In this document: piece after piece, positions 12,351 to 22,472 of the stretch
Layout: the number at the start of each line of letters is the position of its first letter
Position numbering within the stretch: the stretch's first letter is position 1
NCBI RefSeq assembly: GCF_001667015.1
Contig: NZ_LZIS01000243.1
Location: 1 to 32,000 of the forward strand
Reading direction: 5' to 3'
From: Mycobacterium sp. E3198
GTDB lineage: Bacteria > Actinomycetota > Actinomycetes > Mycobacteriales > Mycobacteriaceae
DNA length: 32,000 nt
Notes under the pieces: model-generated
Databases searched by the model: none
What the model saw: the letters and a program-made list of their open reading frames with translations, nothing else
Told to the model about the DNA's origin: nothing
Translations under genes and position numbers: made by a program

Positions 12351-14032
12351 GACGGCTGGCGGGACGCCGAGTCGCGATCGGGGCCGGCAGCCTGGCGGTG
12401 CTGCTGGGCGCCCTCGACGCCTACGTCGTGGTCACGATCATGCGCGACATCATGCACGACGTCGGCATCCCGATTAACCAACTGCAGCGGATCACCCCGA
12501 TCGTCACGATGTACCTCCTGGGCTACATCGCGGCCATGCCGCTGCTGGGCAAGGCCTCCGACCGGTTCGGGCGCAAGCGCCTGCTGCAGGTCAGCCTGTT
12601 CACGTTCATGATCGGCTCGGTCGTCACCGCGCTCGCCGTGCAGATCGGCAGCTTCGACGTGTCGAGCATGACCGTGGAGATCTTCGGACATCCGCTCCGG
12701 GACCTGGTCATCCTCGGCTACCCGATCCAGAACTTCCACGTGCAGACCCTGCACGTGCTGGTCGCCGGCCGCACCATCCAGGGCATCGCCAGCGGCGCGC
12801 TGTTGCCGGTCACCCTGGCCCTCGGCGCCGACCTGTGGGCGCAGCGCAACCGCGCCGCCGTGCTGGGCGGCATCGGCGCCGCGCAGGAGCTGGGCAGCGT
12901 GCTCGGCCCGCTGTACGGCATCTTCATCGTCTGGCTGTTCCGCGACTGGCGCGACGTGTTCTGGATCAACGTCCCGCTGACGCTGGTCGCGATGGCCCTG
13001 ATCCAGATCAGCCTGCCACCGCACGACCGCAGTGAGACCCCGGAGAAGATCGACGTGGTCGGTGGCGTGCTGCTGGCCATCACGCTCGGCCTCGCGGTGA
13101 TCGGCCTGTACAACCCGAATCCCAACGGCCAGGAGGCGCTGCCCAGCTACGGGTTGCCGCTGGTGATCGCGGCGGCCGTCTTCGCGGTGATCTTCCTGCT
13201 CTGGGAACGCTTCGCGCGGACCCGGCTGATCAACCCGGCCGGGGTGCAGTTCCGGCCGTTCCTGGCCGCGATGGGCGCCTCGTTCGCGGCGGGCGCCGCG
13301 CTGATGGTGACGCTGGTCGACGTGGAATTGTTCGGCCAGGGCGTGCTGGGCCTGGACCAGGCCAAGGCGGCCGCGATGCTGACGTCGTTCCTGATCGCGC
13401 TGCCGATCGGGGCGTTGCTGGGCGGCTTCATCGCCACCCGGGTCGGTGACCGCGCGGTCGCCCTGGTGGGCCTGCTGATCGCCGCCGGCGGCTATTTGCT
13501 GATTTCGCACTGGCCGGTGGATCTGATGCACTACCAGCACAGCTTCTTCGGCTTGTTCTCGGTGCCCGCGGTGGACAACGGTCTGATGCTCGGCGGGGTC
13601 GCGGTCAACAACGACCTGCTGATCGCCGGTTTGGGCCTCGGGCTGGTGATCGGCCCGCTGACGTCGGCCGCCCTGCGGGTGGTGCCATCGGCCGAGCACG
13701 GCATCGCCTCGGCGGCGGTGGTGGTGTCCCGGATGACCGGGATGCTGATCGGCGTGGCCGCGCTGAGCGCCTGGGGCCTGTACCGCTTCTACCAGATCCT
13801 CAACGAGAAGAACTCGGCGCTGCCCAGCGGGATGAGCAAGCCGGATCGGGCCGTCGCCCAGGCGCAGAACGTCCTGCCGTCGTTCGCGGCGATGTACGGC
13901 GAGATCTTCACCATCACCGCGCTCGTCTGCGTGGCAGGGGCGCTGCTGGGCCTGCTGATCAGCGGCCGCAAAGAGCACGCCGAGGAACCGGAAGTCCCCG
14001 AGGAAGAGCCGGTCAGCGTCCCGACGCCCTAG
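12347..14032 (+). CDS. MFS (DHA2-like) efflux/lipid transporter P55 (Rv1410c homologue)
   Basis: The GTG at 12347 overlaps the lprG stop (GTGA). The protein is 561 aa, with MFS motif A-like [13 protein letters not shown] and about 14 hydrophobic segments. It is collinear with remembered Mtb P55 except for extra loop segments. Confidence 0.9.
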   Translation: MRRLAGRRVAIGAGSLAVLLGALDAYVVVTIMRDIMHDVGIPINQLQRITPIVTMYLLGYIAAMPLLGKASDRFGRKRLLQVSLFTFMIGSVVTALAVQIGSFDVSSMTVEIFGHPLRDLVILGYPIQNFHVQTLHVLVAGRTIQGIASGALLPVTLALGADLWAQRNRAAVLGGIGAAQELGSVLGPLYGIFIVWLFRDWRDVFWINVPLTLVAMALIQISLPPHDRSETPEKIDVVGGVLLAITLGLAVIGLYNPNPNGQEALPSYGLPLVIAAAVFAVIFLLWERFARTRLINPAGVQFRPFLAAMGASFAAGAALMVTLVDVELFGQGVLGLDQAKAAAMLTSFLIALPIGALLGGFIATRVGDRAVALVGLLIAAGGYLLISHWPVDLMHYQHSFFGLFSVPAVDNGLMLGGVAVNNDLLIAGLGLGLVIGPLTSAALRVVPSAEHGIASAAVVVSRMTGMLIGVAALSAWGLYRFYQILNEKNSALPSGMSKPDRAVAQAQNVLPSFAAMYGEIFTITALVCVAGALLGLLISGRKEHAEEPEVPEEEPVSVPTP

Positions 14033-15061
14033 TCAGCCGCCGTGCGGCACCAGGCTGAGCACCAGGTCGGGGCCGGCCCGGTCGATCCCGTCGTACTGCC
14101 AGCGCAGCGCCCGCGCGATGGTGGGCACCCCGACGTCGTCGACCGCCGTGATGGGCCCGCCCAGCAGCATGGGCGCGACGTAGGCCAGGATGCGGTTGAC
14201 GGCCCCGGCCCGCAGGAAGGCGCCGGCCAGGGTGGGGCCGCCCTCCAGCAGCACGTCCGTGCGATCCGTCAGCGCCTTGATCACCTCCATGGGGTCATGG
14301 GTGCGAATCACCATGGTGCGCGAATCGTCGTTGAGAACCTTTGCCTCCGGCGGTATTTCGCGCATCCCCACCACCACGCGCAGCGGTTGGCGGTCCGCCA
14401 GCGAGCCGTCGCCGCGCCGGGCGGTCAGCGCCGGATCGTCGGCCAGCACGGTGCCGGTGCCGACCACGATCGCGTCGGCGATGGCACGGCGGCGATGCAG
14501 ATCCGATCGCGAGGCCTCGCTGGAGATCCACCGGCTGCTGCCATCGGCGGCGGCGCTGCGGCCGTCGACGCTGCTGGCGTACTTCCATGTGACGTGCGGC
14601 AGCCCGGTCCGCACCTTGTGCAGCCACTCGCGCAGCGGACCGGCGGCCACCTGATCGGCCAGCACCCCGGACCGCACCTGCACGCCAGCGGCCTGCAGCC
14701 GGCCCGCTCCGCCGCCCGCGATCGCGTTCGGGTCGTCGACGGCGTAGACGACCATGCTCACCCTGGCCTCGATGAGCGCGTTCACGCACGGCGGGGTCTT
14801 GCCGTAGTGATTGCACGGCTCGAGCGTGACGAACGCGATGCCGCCGGCGGCCAAACCGCCGGCCCGGCGCAGGGCCAACACCTCGGCGTGCTCGCCGCCC
14901 GCGGGCTCGGTGGCGCCGACGCCGACGACGCGGCCCTGCGGGTCCACGATGACGGCGCCGACCGGCGGGTTCGGGTACGTGGCGCCCTTGACCTGGTAGG
15001 AGTGCTCGATCGCCAGGCGCATGGCCGCGTCGAGGCTGTCGACCGACTGGGGCTGGTTCAT
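14033..15061 (-). CDS. ribD: Bifunctional riboflavin biosynthesis deaminase/reductase RibD
   Basis: The internal ATG at 15061 gives [21 protein letters not shown]... (342 aa). The CMP/dCMP deaminase zinc motifs HAEVLAL and [11 protein letters not shown] are present, followed by a reductase half. The ATG overlaps the rpe stop (ATGA). Confidence 0.92.
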   Translation of the reverse strand: MNQPQSVDSLDAAMRLAIEHSYQVKGATYPNPPVGAVIVDPQGRVVGVGATEPAGGEHAEVLALRRAGGLAAGGIAFVTLEPCNHYGKTPPCVNALIEARVSMVVYAVDDPNAIAGGGAGRLQAAGVQVRSGVLADQVAAGPLREWLHKVRTGLPHVTWKYASSVDGRSAAADGSSRWISSEASRSDLHRRRAIADAIVVGTGTVLADDPALTARRGDGSLADRQPLRVVVGMREIPPEAKVLNDDSRTMVIRTHDPMEVIKALTDRTDVLLEGGPTLAGAFLRAGAVNRILAYVAPMLLGGPITAVDDVGVPTIARALRWQYDGIDRAGPDLVLSLVPHGG

Positions 15062-15747
15062 GCGCGCAGGTGCGCTGACGCGGCGGCGGCCTGCCGCCGC
15101 AACGCCTCGACCGCGGCCTCCGGGTCCTGCGCCCCGTACACCGCCGACCCGGCAACGAAGCAGTCGACGCCCGCCTCGGCGGACTGCTCGATGGTGTCCT
15201 CGTTGATGCCGCCGTCGATTTCGACCAGGATCGTCAGCTCGCCCGCGTCGATCAGTTTGCGCGCGGTGCGGACCTTGCCGAGCACCTCCGGGATGAAGCT
15301 CTGCCCCCCGAAGCCGGGCTCGACCGACATGATCAGCAGCGTGTCGAAGTGCGGGAGGATTTCCAGGTAGGGCTCCAGCGGGGTCCCCGGCTTGACGCTG
15401 ATCCCGGCCTTGGCGCCGGCGGCGCGAATGTCGCGGGCCACGCCGACGGGATTGTCCGTGGCCTCGGCGTGGAAGGTGACGTTGTAGGCGCCCGCCTCGG
15501 CGTACGGGGGCGCCCAGCGATCCGGGTCCTCGATCATCAGGTGGCAATCCATCGGGATGGGGGTGCTCGCCAGCAGCGCCTCGACCACCGGCAGGCCGAT
15601 GGTCAGGTTCGGCACGAAGTGGTTGTCCATCACGTCGACGTGCAACCAGTCGGCGCCCGGCACGGCGGCCGCCTCGTCGGCGAGGCGGGCGAAATCGGCG
15701 GCGAGGATCGACGGCGCGATCAGCGGTCTACCGGTATTGCCAGGCAT
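15058..15747 (-). CDS. rpe: Ribulose-phosphate 3-epimerase
   Basis: The ATG at 15747 gives [25 protein letters not shown]...[14 protein letters not shown]...[10 protein letters not shown] (229 aa). It is near-identical to remembered Mtb Rpe. Confidence 0.93.
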   Translation of the reverse strand: MPGNTGRPLIAPSILAADFARLADEAAAVPGADWLHVDVMDNHFVPNLTIGLPVVEALLASTPIPMDCHLMIEDPDRWAPPYAEAGAYNVTFHAEATDNPVGVARDIRAAGAKAGISVKPGTPLEPYLEILPHFDTLLIMSVEPGFGGQSFIPEVLGKVRTARKLIDAGELTILVEIDGGINEDTIEQSAEAGVDCFVAGSAVYGAQDPEAAVEALRRQAAAASAHLRA

Positions 15748-15784
15748 GTGCGCCACACTACTGAGCCCGGCGGCCAACCTCACT

Positions 15785-17152
15785 TCAGACGCGGCGCAAC
15801 GCGGCCGCGAACATCGCGTCGGTGCCGTGCCGGTGCGGCCAGAGCTGAGAGTAGGGCCCCTCGCCCAAGCCCTCGGTGACGGGCTCGAACAGCGGCCGGG
15901 CGTCCAGCGCCTGCACCGGCTGGCGGCGCAGCGCGTCGGCAACCACCCCAACGGTTTCCGCGAGGTGCGGCGAACAGGTCGCGTACAGCACCACGCCACC
16001 GGGCCGGGTCAGCGCGATCGCGGCGGCCAGCAGCTCCCGCTGCAGCTTGGCCAGCGCCGGCACGTCGGCCGGGCGGCGCCGCCACCGGGCCTCCGGCCGG
16101 CGCCGCAGCGCCCCCAGCCCGGTGCACGGCGCGTCCACGAGCACCCGGTCGAAGCCCGGCTCGAGGCCGGTCTGGCGCCCGTCGACCCGCAGCACGTCGA
16201 CCGGCAACCCGCGGGTGTTCTCGACCACCAAATCCGCGCGCCGCGGCGCGGGCTCCACCGCCGTGACGCGCGCCCCGCGGTCCATACCCAACGCCGCCAG
16301 CAGCGGGGTCTTGCCGCCGGGGCCGGCGCACAGGTCCAGCCAGCGGCCGGTGTCGCCGTCGACCGGGGCCAGCGTCAGCGCGCGGGCCACCAGCTGGCTG
16401 CCCTCGTCCTGGACCAGCGCGGAGCCGTCGCGCACGGGCGCCAGCCGCCCGGGGTCCCCGCCCGACAGATACACCGCGTAGGGCGAATAACGGCCGACGG
16501 TGCCGCCCACGGCGTCGGCGAGGTCGGCGGCGGTCAGCGCGCCCGGGCGCGCGACCAGGTGCACCTGGGGCCGTTCGTCGTCGCTGGCCAGGACGTCGTC
16601 GAGTTCGGCCGCGGCCGCGCCGAGCGCGTCGGCGAAGGCCTGGGCAACCCAGCGCGGGTGCGCGTGCACGAACGCGGCGTGCCCGATCGGGTCCCGCGCC
16701 GGGTCGGGAGCCAGCTCGTCGACCCAGGACTTCTCGTCGCGGCCGGCGATGGTGCGCAGCACGCCGTTGACGAAACCCGCTCGGGCCGAGTCGAATTCGA
16801 TCCCGGCCTGTTCGACGGTGGTGGACACCGCGGCGTGGGCGTCGACGCGGGTGCGCAGCAGCTGGTAGGCGCCGAGCCGCAGCAGGTCGAGCAGCACCGG
16901 GTCGATGGCCTCCGGCGGACGCCCGGCGGCCGAGCCGATGACCGCGTCGAGCAGCCCCCGGGAGCGGCAGGTGCCATAGGTCAGCTCGGTGGCGAAAGCG
17001 GCATCGCGGCCGGCGATTCCGCGCTGGCGCAGCAGGGCGGGCAGGGCCAGGTTCGCGTACGCGTCGCGCTCGCTGACGGCGCGCAGCACCTCGAACGCGG
17101 CCGCGCGGGCCGGGTCCAGCGGCCGGCGCGGCTTGCGTGGCCTGGAGCTCAT
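15785..17152 (-). CDS. rsmB: 16S rRNA m5C methyltransferase RsmB/Fmu (Sun family)
   Basis: The ATG at 17152 gives [26 protein letters not shown]... (455 aa). It has a NusB-like N-domain and catalytic motifs DAPCTGLG and YATCSP. The ATG overlaps the fmt stop (ATGA). Confidence 0.9.
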   Translation of the reverse strand: MSSRPRKPRRPLDPARAAAFEVLRAVSERDAYANLALPALLRQRGIAGRDAAFATELTYGTCRSRGLLDAVIGSAAGRPPEAIDPVLLDLLRLGAYQLLRTRVDAHAAVSTTVEQAGIEFDSARAGFVNGVLRTIAGRDEKSWVDELAPDPARDPIGHAAFVHAHPRWVAQAFADALGAAAAELDDVLASDDERPQVHLVARPGALTAADLADAVGGTVGRYSPYAVYLSGGDPGRLAPVRDGSALVQDEGSQLVARALTLAPVDGDTGRWLDLCAGPGGKTPLLAALGMDRGARVTAVEPAPRRADLVVENTRGLPVDVLRVDGRQTGLEPGFDRVLVDAPCTGLGALRRRPEARWRRRPADVPALAKLQRELLAAAIALTRPGGVVLYATCSPHLAETVGVVADALRRQPVQALDARPLFEPVTEGLGEGPYSQLWPHRHGTDAMFAAALRRV

Positions 17153-18081
17153 GACGCCCGCGCGGCGGCGTCGAGGCGGGCGCCGCGGGCCCAGTCGACG
17201 GCGTTCATGAACTTCTTGCCGGGCGGCTGGATCTGGCCCAGGCGCACCGGTTCCGAACCGGTGCCGATCCACACGTTCTTGCGCTCGGCGTGAATGGCGC
17301 CGGGCGGCAACGACTCTGGCGCCTCCGGGTCGACCCGCACGGGCCCGAGCTTGATCCGCAGGTCACCGATGAGCGTCCAGGCGCCCGGGTTCGGTGTGAC
17401 GGCGCGGATCCGGCGCTCCACCACCGGCGCCGGCAGGTCCCAGCGCACCCGGGCCGCCTCGACGCTGACCTTGGGCGCCACGCTGACCCCCTCGGCCGGC
17501 TGCGGCCGCGGCGTCAGGGTCCCGGCGGCGATGCCGTCCAGCGTGGCCGACAGCAGCTCCGCGCCCGAAAGGGCAAGCCGCGCAAGCAGATCGCCCGCGG
17601 TGTCGGTCGGCCGGATGGTTTCCGTGACCACCCCGTACACGGGCCCGGAGTCCAGGCTCGGCTCGATCCGGAAGGTGGTCGCCCCGGTGATGGTGTCCCC
17701 CGCGGCGATGGCGGCCTGCACGGGGGCCGCGCCGCGCCAGGCGGGCAGCAGCGAGAAGTGCAGGTTGATCCAGCCGTGCGGGGGCACGGCGAGCAGGTCG
17801 TCGCGCAGCAGCGCGCCATAGGCCACCACGGGGCAGCAGTCCGGGGCGAACTCCGACAGCTCGGCGACGAATTCCGGGGAGTTGGGCCGCGCCGGTCGCA
17901 GCACCGGGATGCCGCGGTCCAGCGCCTCGCGGGCCACCGGGGAAGGCTCCGGCCTGCCGCGCCGGCCCGAGGCGGCGTCGGGCCGGGTCAGCACCGCGAG
18001 CACGTCGTGCCGGGGCGAATCGACGAGGCGACGCAGCGCGGGCAGCGCGGGTTCGGGTGTTCCGGCGAAGACAAGGCGCAC
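17149..18081 (-). CDS. fmt: Methionyl-tRNA formyltransferase
   Basis: [19 protein letters not shown]...[15 protein letters not shown] is the formyltransferase motif region. The start is ambiguous. GTG 18081 aligns with the remembered Mtb N-terminus ([10 protein letters not shown]). In-frame ATG 18102 and GTG 18120 are alternatives. Confidence 0.88.
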   Translation of the reverse strand: MRLVFAGTPEPALPALRRLVDSPRHDVLAVLTRPDAASGRRGRPEPSPVAREALDRGIPVLRPARPNSPEFVAELSEFAPDCCPVVAYGALLRDDLLAVPPHGWINLHFSLLPAWRGAAPVQAAIAAGDTITGATTFRIEPSLDSGPVYGVVTETIRPTDTAGDLLARLALSGAELLSATLDGIAAGTLTPRPQPAEGVSVAPKVSVEAARVRWDLPAPVVERRIRAVTPNPGAWTLIGDLRIKLGPVRVDPEAPESLPPGAIHAERKNVWIGTGSEPVRLGQIQPPGKKFMNAVDWARGARLDAAARAS

Positions 18082-18235
18082 GGGCACAAGTGTAGGAACC
18101 ATCGGGTCTACGCAGGACACGCTCAGGGTTCACACAGTTTTGTCTGCATATTATTTCTGTCAGCAACTATTTCTTTCGGTCATGGTCACGACGACGAGGT
18201 CGAACAACCAGCCGGGTCCGATCCGAGGAGGTCCG
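18082..18235. promoter_or_regulatory. Divergent promoter region between fmt and the methyltransferase gene
   Basis: There is a locally AT-rich stretch (cacagttttgtctgcatattatttctgtcagcaactatttctttcgg). It contains the direct repeat TATTTCT at 18152-18158 and 18168-18174. A strong SD (GAGGAGG, 18224-18230) precedes the ATG at 18236. Confidence 0.35.
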
Positions 18236-19063
18236 ATGACTCTCGACGCCGTCGACACCACCATTCCCGACGACGCCGCCGCGGCGCATCGCGCGATGTG
18301 GGCGCTGGGCGACTACGCCCTGATGGCCGAGGAGGTGATGGCCCCGCTGGGTCCGGTTCTGGTGGCCGCGGCCGGTATCGGGCCGGGCCTGCGGGTGCTC
18401 GACGTCGCCGCCGGTTCCGGCAACATCTCGCTGCGCGCCGCCCGGACCGGCGCCGACGTCGTCTCCGCCGACCTCACACCCGAGCTGCTGCGGCGGTCCC
18501 AGGCGCGGGCCGCCGCGCAGGGGCTGCTGCTGGACCATCGGGAAGCCAACGCGCAGGCGCTGCCGTTCGGCGACGGCGAGTTCGACGCGGTGATCTCGGC
18601 GATCGGCGTGCAGTTCGCGCCGGACCACCAGCGTGCCGCGGGCGAACTGGTCCGGGTCTGCCGGCCGGGCGGGACGATCGGCGTGATCAGCTGGACGCCC
18701 GAGGGGTTCTTCGGCCGGATGCTGGCCACCCTGCGGCCGTACCGCCCGAGCCTGTCGCCGGCCGTCGCCCCGGCCGCATTGTGGGGACGCGAGGGTTACG
18801 TCGCCGGGCTGCTGGGCGATCGGGTCGGGCGCGTCACGACGCGGCGGGGCACCCTGCGGGTGGACCGGTTTCACAGCGCCGGGGACGTGCACGACTACTT
18901 CAAGGAGCACTACGGCCCGACGATCGAGGCGTACGCGAACATCGGCCACAACCGGATCCTGACCGCCGAGCTCGACGCCCAGCTCGTCGAGCTGGCCCAC
19001 CAGCACCTGGCTGACGGCGCGATGCATTGGGAGTACCTGCTGGTCACCGCCCAGAAGCGGTGA
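18236..19063 (+). CDS. Class I SAM-dependent methyltransferase (Rv1405c-like)
   Basis: The ATG at 18236, preceded by GAGGAGG, gives MTLDAVDTTIPDD... (275 aa). SAM-binding motif I VLDVAAGSGN and the post-I acidic residue (VVSADL) are present. Confidence 0.85.
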   Translation: MTLDAVDTTIPDDAAAAHRAMWALGDYALMAEEVMAPLGPVLVAAAGIGPGLRVLDVAAGSGNISLRAARTGADVVSADLTPELLRRSQARAAAQGLLLDHREANAQALPFGDGEFDAVISAIGVQFAPDHQRAAGELVRVCRPGGTIGVISWTPEGFFGRMLATLRPYRPSLSPAVAPAALWGREGYVAGLLGDRVGRVTTRRGTLRVDRFHSAGDVHDYFKEHYGPTIEAYANIGHNRILTAELDAQLVELAHQHLADGAMHWEYLLVTAQKR

Positions 19064-19074
19064 GCCACGGGCGA

Positions 19075-19563
19075 TTACAGGTCGAGATCTCCGTCGACGT
19101 GGACGTCGGGCTCGCCGCCGGCGGCCGTGAACGCGGTCAGCGCACGCACCAGCCCGTGGCGCTCCGGCGGGGGCATCTTCTCCACGATGGCGGCGATCTC
19201 GGCGCGCCGGTACGCGGTGACCCGGCGCACCACCTCGCGCCCGCGCTTGGTCAGCGCGGCGAGCAGTTCACGGCGGGAGGTGGGGTGTGGCAGGCGGTCG
19301 ATCAGCCCGGCGGCGACGAGCCGGTCCACCATCCGGCCGGTCGCCGAGGGTTGCACACCCAGCAAGCCGGCCAGCGTGGCCAGGTTGACCGGGCCGCGGT
19401 TGGACAGGATCACCAGGGTCCGGAACTGCGGAATCGTGATGGTCTCGTCGACCTGTCCGATCGAGCGCGCCGAGATCGCCACCAGCAAGCGGGAAGCCGT
19501 CAGCAGCGCGTCGGTGATCACATCCAAGGACTCGTCCGCCGTGGTCGTATTTTCGGCCGGCAT
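19075..19563 (-). CDS. MarR-family transcriptional regulator (Rv1404-like)
   Basis: A winged-helix core (TIPQFRTLVILSNRGPVNLATLAGLLGVQPSATGRMVDRLVAAGLIDR) is present. The ATG at 19563 (MPAENTTT...) is preceded by GGGGAGG 4 nt upstream. The ATG at 19584 is the longer alternative. Confidence 0.85.
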   Translation of the reverse strand: MPAENTTTADESLDVITDALLTASRLLVAISARSIGQVDETITIPQFRTLVILSNRGPVNLATLAGLLGVQPSATGRMVDRLVAAGLIDRLPHPTSRRELLAALTKRGREVVRRVTAYRRAEIAAIVEKMPPPERHGLVRALTAFTAAGGEPDVHVDGDLDL

Positions 19564-19688
19564 CGCGCCTCCCCGTCTAGCCATTAGCGAGCTAAAGAGT
19601 AGAAAGTGTAACAGTCTTCTAATATCGAGAATTGGGATTGTTTCCCACTCATACTATCGCCACAGGGAACGATCTGCCCGCCGCTCGC
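19564..19688. promoter_or_regulatory. AT-rich region upstream of the MarR gene (and downstream of priA)
   Basis: This is the lowest-GC stretch in the neighbourhood. The inverted repeat TAGAA-N12-TTCTA lies at 19600-19621. It is a candidate autoregulatory operator or promoter. Confidence 0.3.
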
Positions 19689-21689
19689 CTAGCCGATGTG
19701 CAGCGGATCGATCTGCACCCGCACCGGCTCATGGTTCTGCCGCGCGCTGAGCACGCCCACGCCGCGCCGCAGGGCGGCCGCCAGCGCCAGGCCCTGCTCA
19801 CGGGGAACGCGCGCCAACTTCCTGATCACCGGCACGCCGGCGGCGGTGCCGGCCGGGCGGCGCACGCCGGGCGGCAGGTCCACGGGGCCGAGCACCTCGG
19901 CACCGTCGGGCAGCCGCGCCACGTCGAGCAGCGCCGCCACCGCGTCGGCGGCCCCGTCGATGGCCGCCATGTGGACGCTGGGCGGCAGGCCGACCTCGGC
20001 CCGCTCCGCCAGTTCGGCCTCCGCATGCCCGACCGGGTCCCACCGGATCAGCGATTGCACTGTGGGGATGGATGATTCGGCGACCACCAGCACCACGCCG
20101 CCGTCGCCGCGCGCGCGCACCAGCGCGGCGGCGCTAATCCACCGCCACAGGGCGTCCTCGGCGGCGCGCAGGTCCTGCCGGCCCAGCAGCGCCCAGGTGT
20201 CCAGCAGCAGCGCCGCCCCGTACCCGCCGTCGGCGCGGGGTTCGGCGCCCGGGGTCGCGACCACCAGCGCCGCGCGCGCGGCCACCTCGCCCACGATGGC
20301 GTCGCCCGACGAGGTGATGACGGGCGTGCCCGCGAACGCGCGGCCGAGTTCCTCGGCGGTGCGCCGGGCCCCCACCACCACAGCGCGCACAGCGTCGGAT
20401 CCGCAACGCGCGCAGCGCAGCTGGGGCTCGGGGCGACCGCACCATCGGCAGACGGCGCCCGGACCGCGTTCCTGCAGCGCCAGCGGGCCCGTGCAGTGCC
20501 GGCACCGGGCGATGGTGCGGCAGCGCCCGCACGCCAGCGACGGGACGTACCCGCGCCGCGGCACCTGCACCAGCACCGGGGCCCCGGCTTGCAGCGACGA
20601 GCGGGCGGCGCGCAGCGCGATGGACGGGATGCGCGCGGTGCGGGCCGCCGGGTCGCGTTCCTCGGCGCTGTTGTCGAGGGCGACCACCCGGGGGGTGCGG
20701 GCCCGCACCACCGGCCGCGCCGCGACGATGTCGTGCGCCCATCCGCTGCGCACCAGCGCCTGGGCCTCCGCGGTGCGCGCGACGCCGCCGATCAGCGCCG
20801 CGCAGCGGGCCTGGTGCGCGCGCAGCATCGCCACCTCGCGGGCGTGCGGGTAGGGCGCCCGCGGCTCGGCCAGGCTGTCGTCGGCGTCCGCCCACACCAT
20901 GACCAGACCCAGGTCGGACACCGGCGCGAAAACCGCACTGCGGGTGCCGATCACCAGTCGCGCGGTGCCGCGCAGGGCCGCCAGCCAGCGCCGGTAGCGC
21001 GCGGCCGGGCCCAGCCCCGCCGACAGCGCCACCACGCACTCCTGGTCGACGCGGGCCGTCGCCGCCGCCCACAGCGTGTCCAGGTCGCGCTGGTCGGGCA
21101 CGATCGCCAGCGCCGCCCGCCCGGTCCGGATGGTTTGCGCGGCGGCCTCGGCGAAGCGGTCCGCCCACGGTTCACCCGGCAGCGCCTGCCAGACGGCCCG
21201 GGCGGCGCGCGACTCGGCCAGGGCGGCCAGAAACTGCCCGCCCCGGCCATAGGCCGCCCAGCCCGACGGGTCGACGGGCGATACCACCGGCAGCGCGAGG
21301 ACGCGCGCCGGGTCGCGCTCCACCCGGGCGTGCCGCGGCGGCACCGCCAGCCGCAACACGTCCGGCCGGGTGCCGGCATACCGCGCCGCCACCGCGTCGA
21401 CCAGCCGGCGGATCTCCGGCGTGAGCACCGGTTCGGCCGACACGACGCGGTCCAGCCAGCCGAGCTTGCCGCTGTGGTCGGTGTCGTTGCGGCGCTCCAG
21501 CACGAACGCGTCGACCAGCCGGCCGTGGAATCGCACCCGCACCCGCACCCCGGGCTGGGCATCGTCGGACTGCTCGGCCGACACCAGGTAGTCGAACTCG
21601 CGGTCCAGGTGGGGCACCGAGAGCATGGGCAGCACCCTGGCGATCGGCTCGACCTCGGGAGTTACCTTGCTGGCCAAGGGAACCGACAA
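19689..21689 (-). CDS. priA: Primosomal protein N' (PriA) homologue
   Basis: The protein is 666 aa and matches remembered Mtb PriA (EPIARVLPMLSVPHLDREFDYLV...). It has the Cys-rich zinc region CGRCRTIARCRHC...CRWCG...CARCGS. The start codon is TTG at 21689, directly abutting the upstream TAG. Confidence 0.9.
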   Translation of the reverse strand: MSVPLASKVTPEVEPIARVLPMLSVPHLDREFDYLVSAEQSDDAQPGVRVRVRFHGRLVDAFVLERRNDTDHSGKLGWLDRVVSAEPVLTPEIRRLVDAVAARYAGTRPDVLRLAVPPRHARVERDPARVLALPVVSPVDPSGWAAYGRGGQFLAALAESRAARAVWQALPGEPWADRFAEAAAQTIRTGRAALAIVPDQRDLDTLWAAATARVDQECVVALSAGLGPAARYRRWLAALRGTARLVIGTRSAVFAPVSDLGLVMVWADADDSLAEPRAPYPHAREVAMLRAHQARCAALIGGVARTAEAQALVRSGWAHDIVAARPVVRARTPRVVALDNSAEERDPAARTARIPSIALRAARSSLQAGAPVLVQVPRRGYVPSLACGRCRTIARCRHCTGPLALQERGPGAVCRWCGRPEPQLRCARCGSDAVRAVVVGARRTAEELGRAFAGTPVITSSGDAIVGEVAARAALVVATPGAEPRADGGYGAALLLDTWALLGRQDLRAAEDALWRWISAAALVRARGDGGVVLVVAESSIPTVQSLIRWDPVGHAEAELAERAEVGLPPSVHMAAIDGAADAVAALLDVARLPDGAEVLGPVDLPPGVRRPAGTAAGVPVIRKLARVPREQGLALAAALRRGVGVLSARQNHEPVRVQIDPLHIG

Positions 21690-22472
21690 CTAGCCTTCGT
21701 CAGGCCCGGGCTCGTAGTCGCCCTCGTACTCGTAGTCGTAGTCGTAGTCGTAGTCGTAATCGGCCTCGTAATCGGGTTCCTCCCGGCCGAAGAAGAATCC
21801 GGCCGTGATCAGGACCTGGGCCGCGGCGTACAACCACCAGATCGGCACCGCCAACGCGTCGTTGTACAGGATGAACCGGCCGACGGCGATCATGGCGTCC
21901 GACGCCGCGAAACACACCGCCCCCACCGCGGTCCAGATGGTCGGCAGGTCGGCGAGCAGCGCCGCGCAGACCATCGCGGTCAGCACGAGCATGTAGAGCG
22001 TCACCGGGATCGTCAGCTTGTCACGGCCCAGGTGCGGCCAGAACCACAGCAACAACGACGTCGTGATGAGGCACAGCAGCACGACCGCGGCCAGGCGAGG
22101 CCGCGTCGCGCGGGCCAGCGGAACCAGCGCCCCCAGGAAACACAAGTGCGCCAACAGGAATGCGGCCAATCCCAACCCGAACGACATCGTCCACCACGGG
22201 ATGGCCAGCAGCCAGTCGCCGACGGCCGACAGCAGCAGCGCCGGCATCAACCAGCGCCGCTCGCGGACGATGGGGTGCGCCACCGCGGCCACCGTCAGCA
22301 GTAATGCCATCGACGCCTTGAACGGCGGCTGCAAGACCCAGTGCCCCGTCAAACTCGTTCCCGGCGGCGAGCGCAAAGCGAGCACGGTCAGGTACACGCC
22401 GTAGCCGAGGCCAGCCCATCCGGCCACCACCCAGCCACCGGACACCAGCCGAGGTGCGTACGGTACTTCCAT
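21690..22472 (-). CDS. YhhN-family (lysoplasmalogenase-like) integral membrane protein with acidic (Asp-Tyr)n C-terminal tail (Rv1401 position)
   Basis: YhhN signature pairs are present: [11 protein letters not shown] and [10 protein letters not shown], within about 8 hydrophobic helices. The start is uncertain. ATG 22472 (MEVPYAPRL...) keeps TM1. ATG 22517 would overlap lipI by 47 nt. In-frame GTGs also exist downstream. Confidence 0.75.
   Translation of the reverse strand: MEVPYAPRLVSGGWVVAGWAGLGYGVYLTVLALRSPPGTSLTGHWVLQPPFKASMALLLTVAAVAHPIVRERRWLMPALLLSAVGDWLLAIPWWTMSFGLGLAAFLLAHLCFLGALVPLARATRPRLAAVVLLCLITTSLLLWFWPHLGRDKLTIPVTLYMLVLTAMVCAALLADLPTIWTAVGAVCFAASDAMIAVGRFILYNDALAVPIWWLYAAAQVLITAGFFFGREEPDYEADYDYDYDYDYEYEGDYEPGPDEG
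21714..21772 (-). repeat. In-frame hexanucleotide microsatellite (GACTAC)n encoding Asp-Tyr repeats
   Basis: On the plus strand, gtagtc occurs as four perfect tandem copies at 21732-21755. Degenerate copies flank them (gtagtc 21714, gtactc 21726, gtaatc 21756 and 21767). The translated tail is [21 protein letters not shown]. Confidence 0.85.

Noticed and set aside
12026-13978. 650-aa ORF antisense to the P55 transporter gene.
   Set aside because: Its composition (runs of H, Q, R, D, E) is the mirror image of a hydrophobic membrane protein read backwards. It has no recognisable motif, whereas the sense frame is an obvious MFS transporter.
20496-22304. 602-aa plus-strand ORF antisense to priA and the YhhN gene, including a V-rich run (VVVVVVVV) opposite the DY repeat.
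   Set aside because: It is an antisense artefact. The valine run is simply the reverse reading of the (GACTAC)n microsatellite.
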